Below are positions 51,561 through 60,757 of a DNA stretch of 64,000 nucleotides, piece after piece. Numbering within the stretch: the stretch's first letter is position 1; each line of letters opens with the position of its first letter. The DNA comes from a virus. The position numbers were made by a program, and so were the translations under genes. The DNA is taken from the IMG/VR virus record IMGVR_UViG_3300043788_000134, positions 5,882 to 69,881 of that record, one strand, 5' to 3'. Below the pieces are notes generated by a model. That model did not search any database, was not told the DNA's origin, and worked only from the letters and a program-made list of their open reading frames with translations.

Positions 51561-54500
51561 TGTGTTCCCAACAGCCGAGCCGCCGTTCCTTGGCCGTATT
51601 TCCTATCGATCGCCGCGACAGCAGCAGGATTGTTGGCATTGGCCTTAAGTGCTGCGGCATCGCGCGGATCAATGCCGCGCCCAGCCTCGGTAGGCGCGGG
51701 CGCTTCCTCACCCATCCTTGAGAAGATTGCTCTTGCTTTAGGCGACACAAAGAAATCAGAAGGAACGCTGGTGCCAAATCCACGGTTCCATTGGTCAGCA
51801 ACAGAATCCATCTGACCCCGAATGATATTGACGAGACGGCCGTTTATGGTTCGCCGTTCGTCGGACGCTAGACCTGGCGTCATGTTAGAACGCCATTCTT
51901 TTATTTGCGACTCCGTACCTGGAGCGCCCTTCAATGCAAGCGCCGTTTCGCCAGATACGGCGTCCGCGTCAAGGTTGACAGCACCAATACGCGGGTCTTG
52001 CTCCGCACCAAGCCACGCAGCCCTTCCGCGATTAGCCACGCCAGTTAACGGACCAAAGGTTCCAGATTGCCAGTTGTTCAAAGACTCTTGGTCCCTGTCC
52101 AACTGATCCAGATGGTTGGCTACCGTATTGAAACGACGAATCACGTTACGCGCCGTGATTCCAGAAGTCATTTCCTTTAACAGCGCGTTTCGTTGCGACC
52201 ATTTTGCCGCATCGAAGCCGTCTGGGTCATAGAGCGCAGCCGCAGAAAGCATATTTTGCCAAAACGGCTTTGCCAGAGCAAACGAAGTAGGTGGCGAAAT
52301 TTTTCCCTGCACCATCAAATGCACTAAGGCTTTTTGTCCGGGTGTTAGTCCATCCAATGCCTGTTCGTTGAGCTGTTTGCCTTGTAATGGGTTTTGATAA
52401 AGTTCCGGCGACAGGTCTGGACTCGGAGATACCACACCACTGCGAATGCCGCCCTGTTGCAGGATTTGCGAAAGTTCCGCCTGCGCCTGCGGCGTGTTAT
52501 CCTCGTTCATCGCCAGTTGGACCGGCTTGCCGTTTGGTCCCGTCTGCGTTGCCTGCCCTATTGGTCCCGTCTGTCCGCTTGGCGAAACCGCCCCAGGTAC
52601 TCCAAGCGACGTGCCCGTGATCGGCTTCATTGTGATAGGATCAAGAAAGCCGCCACCATTGGGAGCGCGAACTCCCATGATCGGATTGCCCATCATGTCA
52701 TGTCCGACCGTGACAGGCTGCGATTCCTCTCTCTGTTCTGCCCGCTGCTTGAATTCCAGGTCGGCCTTTTGCGCTGCCGTCATCTCGCTATACGGCCGCG
52801 TTTCCGCGGCGACCTTATCCTGCTCCGCCTTGGCCGCCTGATCGAGTTGCCGGACTTTCAATGCAATGTCGGACTGCTGCTCTTGCTCCGATTGATGTTG
52901 TTTCTGTAGCGCGCCGTATTCCGAAAGACCCGTTTCAACGCCCTGTCCAATACCTACACCGGCATAGGGCGAGCGTGATGCCAGCGCGCCGGCACCGGCC
53001 GCCATCAGCGATTGATAGAAGTCTGGCGAGAGACCGAGAAAACCCGGTTGCTGTTGACCGCGCACCGGGGCAACCGCTCCGCTCGGCGCGGTTTCCTGTG
53101 GCGCGAGTTCTTGCGGTGCAGCTAAGCCGCCTGTGGGCTGACCCTCGGCGTAGCCCATGGCGGGAGACGCCGCTTGGGTTGTTGGCGACCCAAGAATTTC
53201 AGGCGGCAGCGCATCGGGAGCGCCAACGCCTGCCGTTGATTGTGCCGGCGCGTAGGGATTCTGCTGCCCATAGGCCGCACCAGAACCTATATTGGGATAC
53301 TCCAAAGCCGCATCCTGCGCCGCCGCCGCATGGTAAGCCTGCATGGTGCTCGGATTGGACACGATGTCGCGCTGCGGCGAACTCAAACCGCCGGGTGGCA
53401 CCAGCACTTGCGGATTTGATCCAAACGCCGCGTCAAAATATTCCTGATCGTAGGGCGTACCGCCATCGGCAAAGCCACCGCGCGCTCGGCGAAGAAACGA
53501 CGGCAAGCCCAAACCTGCGCGTACCGGCACGCCGCCGCCGCGATTATAGATCATGTTGTCGCTGATATCGCCGGTCGGTTCGGCAACTGGCGAAAACCCC
53601 AAATTCTGCGATGGATTGGACGATGGCAAAATGCCTGTGCTGCCGCTGCCGAACCCGCTGGCAAGCCCCGCGGCGTTCTTGAACATCTGCTGCGCCGACT
53701 GGACACCGCTTTGTCCCTGGTTTTGATTCGGGATTTGCGGCGGACGCGGCGGACCGGGACCGCGCGTGATACCCAAGCCGGGAATCCAGCTTGGACCACC
53801 CGTGTAAGGCGTTGACGGCGTACCATAACCGCCGCCGAACAGCGGATAAGCCGCATTGCCGCCCGTCGCCAAACCTTTGACGGGACCGCCCAACGCCCGC
53901 CGCACCGCCTCTTTGGTTGCGGCGTCATAATCGACCACTTTCAAACCATCGCCGGTCGAGACAGCTTCGGGATGTTTTTTCTCGACCTCCTGCGCGATCA
54001 AGCCGATGCGGGTAGCAGTATCGCCCTTGTAATTGAAGCGGTAGATGTTCTGCCCGTCATGCAGCTTGCCGATTTTTTTGATATTTTCCTTGGCGCGTTT
54101 ATCGGACAAGAATGCGCCGAGTCCGGCGATGGCGCTTGTGCCGCCCGCGCTTGACGAAAACAGACTGCCGAGCGAGCCGAGTCCCAACGCCCCATAACCG
54201 AAATCCTGCGCAAGTTGGCTTGGCGCCGGGGCCGTTGTTTCCGACGTACCGCCAAGTTGCGACCCGACGCCGGTATCGATGCCCGCCTCAAACGAAAGCT
54301 GCTGATAGGGATAGGCCTGCTGCTGCAAGAACTGCTGATAAGCCGCCGTGTCCTGCGCCTGCTGCGTTTGCTGTTCAAGCGTTCCCGCGCCGACTTGTGC
54401 GTTGGCTCCCGTAAGCGCCGCATTCTCTCCCGACACACCAAGATTGCCGAGCGAATAAGCGCCCTGCGCCTGCGCTTGCTGTTCCTGCAACGCCGTGGAA

Positions 54501-55027
54501 AGCGCCGTGTTGTAGCCTTGGCTTTCCAGTCCTGCAATCACGGGCGCCTCTTGCGCCTGCTGCTGGCCCGCAAGTACCGATTGGGCCACCGCCGTTCGAT
54601 CGCCGCCAAGCGCACCCTGCGCTGCCGCATTACCCAATACCTGTTGCTGCTGCTGCGCATTGGTGTTGGCGAATTGTTGCTCGGTCGAATTGACGACCTG
54701 CTGCGTATAAGGATTTTCGTAGTTCTGAATCTGCTGGCCGGTTATAGGCGAAGCGGCGGCCGTCGCCAGCCCGGCGGCCTGCTGGATATAGGGCTGCGCG
54801 TACTGCGCATATTGGTTGATGCCGCCTATGCCGGCCTGCTGCTGTTGGTTGACAGGTGCCGTCAATTCGCCAGTGTAGGGCGTGTACGGCGTGGCCGCGA
54901 CTTGACCCGCCTGTGAAATCAAATTCTGATACGCCGCCCCGGCAACCGGATTAGGCGCGGTCGATGTGGTGGTGGTGTTGCTGCCCTTTGAGCCCACGGC
55001 GCCTATCCTAATTTGTAAGAGCCACAA
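51557..55027 (-). CDS. large internal virion / tail protein with embedded peptidase-S74 (intramolecular chaperone) domain
   Basis: 1156 aa; Gln-rich N-terminus; residues ~307-375 LSDKRAKENIKKIGKLHDGQNIYRFNYKGDTATRIGLIAQEVEKKHPEAV match the S74 signature; long coiled-coil/Gly-Pro-rich remainder. Confidence 0.55.
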   Translation of the reverse strand: MWLLQIRIGAVGSKGSNTTTTSTAPNPVAGAAYQNLISQAGQVAATPYTPYTGELTAPVNQQQQAGIGGINQYAQYAQPYIQQAAGLATAAASPITGQQIQNYENPYTQQVVNSTEQQFANTNAQQQQQVLGNAAAQGALGGDRTAVAQSVLAGQQQAQEAPVIAGLESQGYNTALSTALQEQQAQAQGAYSLGNLGVSGENAALTGANAQVGAGTLEQQTQQAQDTAAYQQFLQQQAYPYQQLSFEAGIDTGVGSQLGGTSETTAPAPSQLAQDFGYGALGLGSLGSLFSSSAGGTSAIAGLGAFLSDKRAKENIKKIGKLHDGQNIYRFNYKGDTATRIGLIAQEVEKKHPEAVSTGDGLKVVDYDAATKEAVRRALGGPVKGLATGGNAAYPLFGGGYGTPSTPYTGGPSWIPGLGITRGPGPPRPPQIPNQNQGQSGVQSAQQMFKNAAGLASGFGSGSTGILPSSNPSQNLGFSPVAEPTGDISDNMIYNRGGGVPVRAGLGLPSFLRRARGGFADGGTPYDQEYFDAAFGSNPQVLVPPGGLSSPQRDIVSNPSTMQAYHAAAAQDAALEYPNIGSGAAYGQQNPYAPAQSTAGVGAPDALPPEILGSPTTQAASPAMGYAEGQPTGGLAAPQELAPQETAPSGAVAPVRGQQQPGFLGLSPDFYQSLMAAGAGALASRSPYAGVGIGQGVETGLSEYGALQKQHQSEQEQQSDIALKVRQLDQAAKAEQDKVAAETRPYSEMTAAQKADLEFKQRAEQREESQPVTVGHDMMGNPIMGVRAPNGGGFLDPITMKPITGTSLGVPGAVSPSGQTGPIGQATQTGPNGKPVQLAMNEDNTPQAQAELSQILQQGGIRSGVVSPSPDLSPELYQNPLQGKQLNEQALDGLTPGQKALVHLMVQGKISPPTSFALAKPFWQNMLSAAALYDPDGFDAAKWSQRNALLKEMTSGITARNVIRRFNTVANHLDQLDRDQESLNNWQSGTFGPLTGVANRGRAAWLGAEQDPRIGAVNLDADAVSGETALALKGAPGTESQIKEWRSNMTPGLASDERRTINGRLVNIIRGQMDSVADQWNRGFGTSVPSDFFVSPKARAIFSRMGEEAPAPTEAGRGIDPRDAAALKANANNPAAVAAIDRKYGQGTAARLLGTQ

Positions 55028-55598
55028 CTGGCATCATCGGCACCGCCGATGTAGTCACCGTAGCGGGTGGTAACCGATCGTTTCCGTTTCGCACCTTGCG
55101 CTCACGATCGCGCGTGTGACCGCGCCACAAGTACAAGTCTGGCGCCGTTTCAGTTTCCTTGCCATAAACAAAGAACGCTCCTGCCGGATTCCCCAGGGAT
55201 TTGTGATAAAGGCGCACCTTCGCTTCCATGCGCTTACTCGTCAAAACACCTATCACCAATGGTATTTTTATCTCGTCGGAACATTTCTTCGCGAATTCAA
55301 CCAACGAGAGTGCGTAATCGGATTTTCGGTAGGGTGCTCGAATAAAATTGAACAATTCTTCAAGATGATTGTCGCGGCTGTACCAGAACGAACTAATCAG
55401 CATGTAGATCGCACCGGCAATCTCGCTTTTGCCGTCAATCACTCCGATGATTCCGCCGTTGCGGTTAAAAGCGCGATCCAACATCTCGCGCACCATGCTA
55501 TCATCCATCTCAAAGATGCCATTATCGGCGTGCAATTCCTTGCACAGCCGCATCAAATCGGCTTCGTCGGCGCGCGTGGCGAGACGGACTACGGTCAT
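55008..55598 (-). CDS. GNAT-family acetyltransferase-like protein
   Basis: 196 aa from MTVVRLATRADEADL...; ...LEELFNFIRAPYRKSDYALSLVEFAKK...RLYHKSLG fold pattern; ATGA overlap upstream. Confidence 0.45.
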   Translation of the reverse strand: MTVVRLATRADEADLMRLCKELHADNGIFEMDDSMVREMLDRAFNRNGGIIGVIDGKSEIAGAIYMLISSFWYSRDNHLEELFNFIRAPYRKSDYALSLVEFAKKCSDEIKIPLVIGVLTSKRMEAKVRLYHKSLGNPAGAFFVYGKETETAPDLYLWRGHTRDRERKVRNGNDRLPPATVTTSAVPMMPVVALTN

Positions 55599-56392
55599 GA
55601 CTTTGCCGGCCCCGGCAACTTCCGAAGCGTGCGGATGTGCTCCCTGCGATTGGCTTTCACCCATTCATCCAGAATCCGATGTCCACGATCGATATCGCCA
55701 CCGCCCACCGCGGCAACATCGGTCGGACTGATCGAGAATTCTCCGCCCGCCGCCATGATCGGCACATTGCCGCCGCCGCTTCCGCGAGCACCGCCACGGT
55801 CGCTCATCGTTCGCGGCGGCATCGCGCCACGTCCCATCGGCGCCGAACGCTGCACCGAATTTGGAAACATGCGGCTCAGGATTTTCATACCTGCGAGCGT
55901 ATTGCCTTGACCGAGCGAACTGACGTGATCCGCAGGCAGTATATACGAAGACGAAGGAACATCGATGGCGTGATTATCAGTTCGCCCCGGCACCGCGCTC
56001 AGTATCGGCCCGGTATGAGCCAGACTCTGCGCTTCGTTGCGGACATAAAACGGCATCTGCCCCACGCCTGCGGTAGCTCCGCCATCGGCCTTGAGCGCCG
56101 ACAAGTTCGGCCGCGAGAAACCAAGACCGCGGGCTTCGTTGCGGACGAAGAAAGGCGGCGACGCCGTCGGCGGCTTGAACGGCGCCACCGGTTTCGGGAT
56201 GGAGATTTTAGGAGCGGTGCCGCCCATGGCGCGCGTGGCTTTGCGTGCCACGTTCAAAGCGATAGCCACGGCCTGCTTGTCGGCTTTTTCTTTTCCGAAC
56301 TTCGCTGCCGTATGAGCGAACGTTTTTCCCGTATGCAGTTCACGGATGTTTTCCGACACTGCGTTTTTACTTCCTGATTTAATCAATGGCAT
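55595..56392 (-). CDS. virion-module protein (265 aa)
   Basis: N-terminal SKNAVSENIRELHTGK...; duplicated FFVRNEA / FYVRNEA segments; xGG motifs. Confidence 0.4.
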   Translation of the reverse strand: MPLIKSGSKNAVSENIRELHTGKTFAHTAAKFGKEKADKQAVAIALNVARKATRAMGGTAPKISIPKPVAPFKPPTASPPFFVRNEARGLGFSRPNLSALKADGGATAGVGQMPFYVRNEAQSLAHTGPILSAVPGRTDNHAIDVPSSSYILPADHVSSLGQGNTLAGMKILSRMFPNSVQRSAPMGRGAMPPRTMSDRGGARGSGGGNVPIMAAGGEFSISPTDVAAVGGGDIDRGHRILDEWVKANRREHIRTLRKLPGPAKS

Positions 56393-56394
56393 GT

Positions 56395-56430
56395 GGTGAC
56401 CGCACCGTTATCGCTCCGCGTTCGTGATCC
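56395..56430 (-). repeat. PIR half-site, subtype A, reverse
   Basis: ggtgaccgcaccgttatcgctccgcgttcgtgatcc; abuts ATG 56392. Confidence 0.85.
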
Positions 56431-56437
56431 AAAGCAA

Positions 56438-56842
56438 CTACGCCGGATTCACAATGCCATATAGAAACGTCTCCGATCCCGACGCCACGCCCGTTGCCGT
56501 GGACACCACGAATCCCGATCCTGCGGTGACCACCGACAGATAAAGCCCGTGATTGAGCACTGTCAACGCTGCCGTGAGATTCGTCGGCGCCCATAGGGGA
56601 AAACCTCCGCTTTTCAAGCCGGTCTGGCTGATCGTCGTGGTAGTGGCGTTGGCAAGCGTGAACGATCCCATGGCCTGCGGGAATACGTTGATGATCGCGG
56701 TCGCTACCGCGGCGATGGCGGCGACGAGATTGGCGTTGCCGGTGACAAGCGAAGTTCCCAACGCCTGGATTTGCGCCGCCTCGTTCGAGATATTGGTGAC
56801 GATGCCCTTGAGCGTCGAATTGATGTCGTCGGGGGAGGCCAT
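56438..56842 (-). CDS. Ala/Thr-rich virion protein (134 aa)
   Basis: ORF track; GGAGG RBS. Confidence 0.4.
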   Translation of the reverse strand: MASPDDINSTLKGIVTNISNEAAQIQALGTSLVTGNANLVAAIAAVATAIINVFPQAMGSFTLANATTTTISQTGLKSGGFPLWAPTNLTAALTVLNHGLYLSVVTAGSGFVVSTATGVASGSETFLYGIVNPA

Positions 56843-56856
56843 GGCTCAGGTTTTAT

Positions 56857-56891
56857 GGGTTACGAGAGACAGGGATTATGGTGCGGTCAAC
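56857..56891 (+). repeat. PIR half-site, subtype A, forward
   Basis: gggttacgagagacagggattatggtgcggtcaac. Confidence 0.9.
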
Positions 56892-56937
56892 GTTGACCGA
56901 ATCCGGCGCAATTCCAACGAAAGCCCTCTCGTGATCC
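56892..56937 (-). repeat. PIR half-site, subtype B1, reverse
   Basis: gttgaccgaatccggcgcaattccaacgaaagccctctcgtgatcc; directly abuts PIR 56857. Confidence 0.9.
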
Positions 56938-56941
56938 AAAG

Positions 56942-58987
56942 CTACCTCCTGCCTACTGACTGCTGGTACCGATATCTTACCTTACCCAATCGCCAGAAGC
57001 TTCCCGTATCTAAGTTCTGCACTTCAATCGCCATCTGCCGTCCCCGCATCCGCGTGGTAAAAAACTCCGTGCTTGACGTGACGCTATAGGGTCCAAACAC
57101 CTGCGGCGAATCGCCTGGATAATTTACGACATAGAACGTCATGAGGATAGTCGCACCGCTTGTTCCGGGATAAAATCCCCACTTGAAATCCGGGTAAATC
57201 TGATCGACCATCACGAAGTCTTCGCCTTCGGCAATCATGAAATACCCCGTCGTAAACGAGGCATTGAGCGCCGCACCGGCGGCATCGTTGGTCGTTTCGT
57301 GCTGATAGACGTTGCCTTGCGGCGTCGCTGCGATCGGCATTCCCAACGCGCCCTGATCGATCCAAGCCGAGCGCGACAACGACCCGTAGTCCCATGGCGC
57401 ATTCGGTTCGGTGATGTTCATCTTGACGTAGGAATCGCATTCGCCGGTCGCCGAGGCGCTTGACGGAAACAGCCAGCCGCATTCGTTAAACGGCGTATTC
57501 GGCATGGCACGCACATTTTGCGTATAATTCAGGTTTATGTTCTGAAACACAAAATCCCATACCGAACACGGCAGCACCGCTACACCATTTGACGTGAGCG
57601 CATAGAAATTATTCTGCCCCATCCAATAGACATTCCCGCGCAAACTTTGCACCGCATGCGAGGAAATCGCCCCAGCCCCAGCCCCGATTTGGTTGAAGCC
57701 AAACACATCGGGAGGCCCTATATAATTCATCGCCCACAAGTCCAAATCCGTCCAGATCAAGTCCTGGTTGGCAACTGCTGCCCCTGCCATGATCTTCGAG
57801 CCGCGCGGAATACGGAACGATCCGGCTTGGTCGGTCGCCAGTACGGCAAAATTCGTATAGTCGCCAACCGTGGACCACTTGACCAGCAACGGGTCCTGAA
57901 TCACGCCGATATCTTCATTCGTGGTGGAAGCCCAGCAGATCAAAACTTGCTGTGTCGTCGAAACGAAAATGCCGCCATTGAACGGCGGTGCTGTTGCGAC
58001 CAATCCGGCATTACTGAATCCGCCAGTCGGATCGTATTGATAGACACCGCCGCCCTTGGGACACTCCAAAAGAATCTCGCCCCAATTGTCGGATGTCCAA
58101 TCGGCCGCCGTGATCGGCGTACCGACCTGTGACGTTCCACCGGCAGTCCCCAGACCGTAAAGCCCAGCCCCATAGGCGCCGATGCCGTAGCCTTGCCCGG
58201 CCAGCGTCGGCCCAAGATTGAGATAATAGACCACCTGCGCCGAGCCGTTGTTCATGCGCAGCACGGTTGTTGCGCTGGCCTGTGCCGCCGCCGAAATGGA
58301 AAAATTGTTGGCGTCCGTGATGGACAGCGCGGAGTAGTCCCCGGAAATCGTAATGCCATCGCCGGTTGTTGGAATCGGAAAGACCACCGTGCTCCCGGCC
58401 GACAGGCCATGCGTCGCGATATTCACCGACACGATTTGCGAATTAAGAGTAGGCGTGAATGTCGGAACCGTACCCGTGCCGGTCGCGCTTGATATCGCAG
58501 GCGTCGGCGAATTGATCGTATAGCTGGATGCTCCTGTGATAGAGACGAGCGGGAACAACCCCGACAGTACAATGCCGCCGACCGAGACCGGCGTATCCAG
58601 CAGCACGGCGTCGAAGATTGTGACATTGGCGATATTGGTGTCGGTCACCGTGACAGTGGTCGAATTGGCGACGGTAGAAAACCCGTTGCTGAAATTCGAC
58701 GTGAGGATTTGCGGCGTGATGGTCGCCACCGCACCTGACGTGATGATTTGTAAGCCGTTGGTGGCGCCGATCGCCAGGTGGCCGAGGTTATCGAGGTCAT
58801 CCCACCCGTGCAGATCGCGCGGCGTCGTCGCCACCGTGAACTGATAATAGGGTGTCCATCCGCCGTATTTCTGGATCAGTGAATCCTTGTAGCGGATCAA
58901 TTGCGAGGCGGAGACGCCCGCCTCGTTCAAGGTCGGCGTTCGCTCGGTATTGACTCCGGGAATGAGCTCGACTTCGCCGAATGGCAT
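56942..58987 (-). CDS. large tail structural protein (681 aa)
   Basis: size and position between fibre genes and internal proteins; no motif recognised. Confidence 0.4.
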   Translation of the reverse strand: MPFGEVELIPGVNTERTPTLNEAGVSASQLIRYKDSLIQKYGGWTPYYQFTVATTPRDLHGWDDLDNLGHLAIGATNGLQIITSGAVATITPQILTSNFSNGFSTVANSTTVTVTDTNIANVTIFDAVLLDTPVSVGGIVLSGLFPLVSITGASSYTINSPTPAISSATGTGTVPTFTPTLNSQIVSVNIATHGLSAGSTVVFPIPTTGDGITISGDYSALSITDANNFSISAAAQASATTVLRMNNGSAQVVYYLNLGPTLAGQGYGIGAYGAGLYGLGTAGGTSQVGTPITAADWTSDNWGEILLECPKGGGVYQYDPTGGFSNAGLVATAPPFNGGIFVSTTQQVLICWASTTNEDIGVIQDPLLVKWSTVGDYTNFAVLATDQAGSFRIPRGSKIMAGAAVANQDLIWTDLDLWAMNYIGPPDVFGFNQIGAGAGAISSHAVQSLRGNVYWMGQNNFYALTSNGVAVLPCSVWDFVFQNINLNYTQNVRAMPNTPFNECGWLFPSSASATGECDSYVKMNITEPNAPWDYGSLSRSAWIDQGALGMPIAATPQGNVYQHETTNDAAGAALNASFTTGYFMIAEGEDFVMVDQIYPDFKWGFYPGTSGATILMTFYVVNYPGDSPQVFGPYSVTSSTEFFTTRMRGRQMAIEVQNLDTGSFWRLGKVRYRYQQSVGRR

Positions 58988-58989
58988 GG

Positions 58990-60519
58990 TCAGCCCATGA
59001 TTTCTTCAAGCAAAAGGTCCGATGTGCCGGTGTCATTAATGACAGGACTCGATGAGGCACCACTGTTTACTCCGTACACATAATAGGTGAGCGCTGAGGT
59101 TGATGCTGGAGCATCAAGTGCCCGGACCTGCGCCCCGCCTTGACTGGAATTAAGCACGACCTGTTTGGTCCCAATCAACGTGGGAGAAGTCCCGCGTGAA
59201 ATCTGGAATGTCACACTGCCCGCGCTGCCACCGCCAAAGGAGATATTTGACGAGGCGCGCACCAGATTTACGGTGCTCGTCGGCGTGATCGAAGCACTGA
59301 TCTGCGTTTGCGTCTGTGTATTGCTGATGTTCGTTGTAGCCGTGACTACTCCGGAATACTTTTCTCCGAACGCCTCGCCAGGCTTCCTCGTGCCGGGACT
59401 GAACAAACGAACCAAAGTCGGCGAATTGTTGTAGGTGCCGGCCGTGACCAAGCCTGCCGAATATTCCAGAAATCCCACGACGCGGAACGGGCTCGCTCCC
59501 AGCGTCACGCCGTTCGGCGTGTAGAATATGCCGGCCGAAGCGGCGGTCGCCGACATCCCGACGGTGGATGCCAACACGGATTCGTTGAGCGGATAAATCG
59601 CCGTCGCCACCGAACAATTGATCAGAGCGAGATTAAGACCACCACTATTGAAAACCGTTATCCAGAACCGGAACGGCGTACCGTTGGATGCGCCGAGATT
59701 GGCACCCGTGGTAAATGTGGAAATCGACAGCGCAGAGGTGGCGTTGACCGTCACTGGGTCGCCATTACCCAATGTCGAATCGCCAAATGCAAAGACGATA
59801 GGATTCGTCAAAGTCGGCGTGGTTCCGGTGTTTGCGGCCACCGCCGTGAGCGTGAGCACATTGGCGCTGAGCGACGCGGTAAAGGAAAGATTCGCCGGCA
59901 TATCAAAGCCGCGCGTTAGGCTCACCGCAGGCTGGGACCAGACGGCCGAGCCAGCCGTTCCCGATGTGGTGCAGAGATAAAAAGCATTGTTCGTGTAATC
60001 GTAAGCGACGGAAACGTTGTTGTTGATGGAAGCCGCAGTCCCGGCAAGCTGCCCGGTCGGATTTCCGGACACGCCAACGATGCTCGCCGGCAAACCGGAA
60101 TTGTCATAGCCGACATTGACCGTATCGGAATAAAGATTGACGACCTGTCCTTGCGGCGCCAGCGCCACGCCCGAAGTCGCATTGGCTGCAGCCGTCTTCA
60201 CCGTCACCGCATAGCCGCCAGAGGTGTTGTTGATGACAACAAACTTGCCGCCGACAGCCGCAGCGGTCGTGCCAGTCTGATAAGGCAGGATGAAGTTGTG
60301 ATTCCCGGTCAACGTTCCATTCAGAATAAAGATTCCGTTCTGGAATTGCGTCGTGGTCAGCGTCACATCGGACGAAGTGATCGAGGCGGAGTATGTCGCG
60401 CCGAGAATGTTATCGAGGACAACAAAATCGCCTTGATTGAGGCCAGTTCCCCAGACACCGGAATCTCCGCCTTGCTGCTGGAGCAAGAGGTTGTAGTTTG
60501 GCGTAAAGCTGTCTGCCAC
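58990..60519 (-). CDS. tail fibre / spike-like protein (509 aa)
   Basis: N-terminal ...GVWGTGLNQGDFVVLDNILG typical of fibre N-termini; Ala/Thr/Ser/Gly-rich body; GTG start after AATGAGGTAGCCC. Confidence 0.55.
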   Translation of the reverse strand: MADSFTPNYNLLLQQQGGDSGVWGTGLNQGDFVVLDNILGATYSASITSSDVTLTTTQFQNGIFILNGTLTGNHNFILPYQTGTTAAAVGGKFVVINNTSGGYAVTVKTAAANATSGVALAPQGQVVNLYSDTVNVGYDNSGLPASIVGVSGNPTGQLAGTAASINNNVSVAYDYTNNAFYLCTTSGTAGSAVWSQPAVSLTRGFDMPANLSFTASLSANVLTLTAVAANTGTTPTLTNPIVFAFGDSTLGNGDPVTVNATSALSISTFTTGANLGASNGTPFRFWITVFNSGGLNLALINCSVATAIYPLNESVLASTVGMSATAASAGIFYTPNGVTLGASPFRVVGFLEYSAGLVTAGTYNNSPTLVRLFSPGTRKPGEAFGEKYSGVVTATTNISNTQTQTQISASITPTSTVNLVRASSNISFGGGSAGSVTFQISRGTSPTLIGTKQVVLNSSQGGAQVRALDAPASTSALTYYVYGVNSGASSSPVINDTGTSDLLLEEIMG

Positions 60520-60542
60520 GGGCTACCTCATTCAAGTTCAGC

Positions 60543-60579
60543 GGTTAACCGCAACGGATTCCCTACTCATCGCAAGCCC
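60543..60579 (-). repeat. degenerate PIR-like half-site
   Basis: ggttaaccgcaacggattccctactcatcgcaagccc; reverse complement resembles GGG..CGA.GAG..GGGAATCCGTTGCGGTTAACC. Confidence 0.45.
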
Positions 60580-60587
60580 AAACCATT

Positions 60588-60755
60588 TTACGATACAAAA
60601 TCGGTTTCTCGGCGCAGTTGTTTTATCTCTTGCAACAACGCCTTGAAATTCTCGGCAAGCACCCACACAAGGGTAGCCCTCTCGTCCGCCGGTACCCACC
60701 CCAAAGACTCGACAAACTTCCTTGCGCGTTCGTTGGCTTGATACTCGATGTCCAT
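60588..60755 (-). CDS. small helical protein (55 aa)
   Basis: ATG 2 nt after upstream stop; MDIEYQANERARKFVESLGWVPADERATLVWVLAENFKALLQEIKQLRRETDFVS; below ORF-track cutoff. Confidence 0.4.
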   Translation of the reverse strand: MDIEYQANERARKFVESLGWVPADERATLVWVLAENFKALLQEIKQLRRETDFVS

Positions 60756-60757
60756 CT

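Noticed and set aside
56885-56898. Analogy to integron attC core sites (GGTCAAC / GTTGACC versus RYYYAAC / GTTRRRY)
   Set aside because: Each 7-mer has one mismatch to the integron consensus. The AAC/GTT boxes sit at the centre of the pair rather than at the outer ends of an attC. The recombinase shows no feature I can identify as IntI-specific. I kept this only as a loose analogy.
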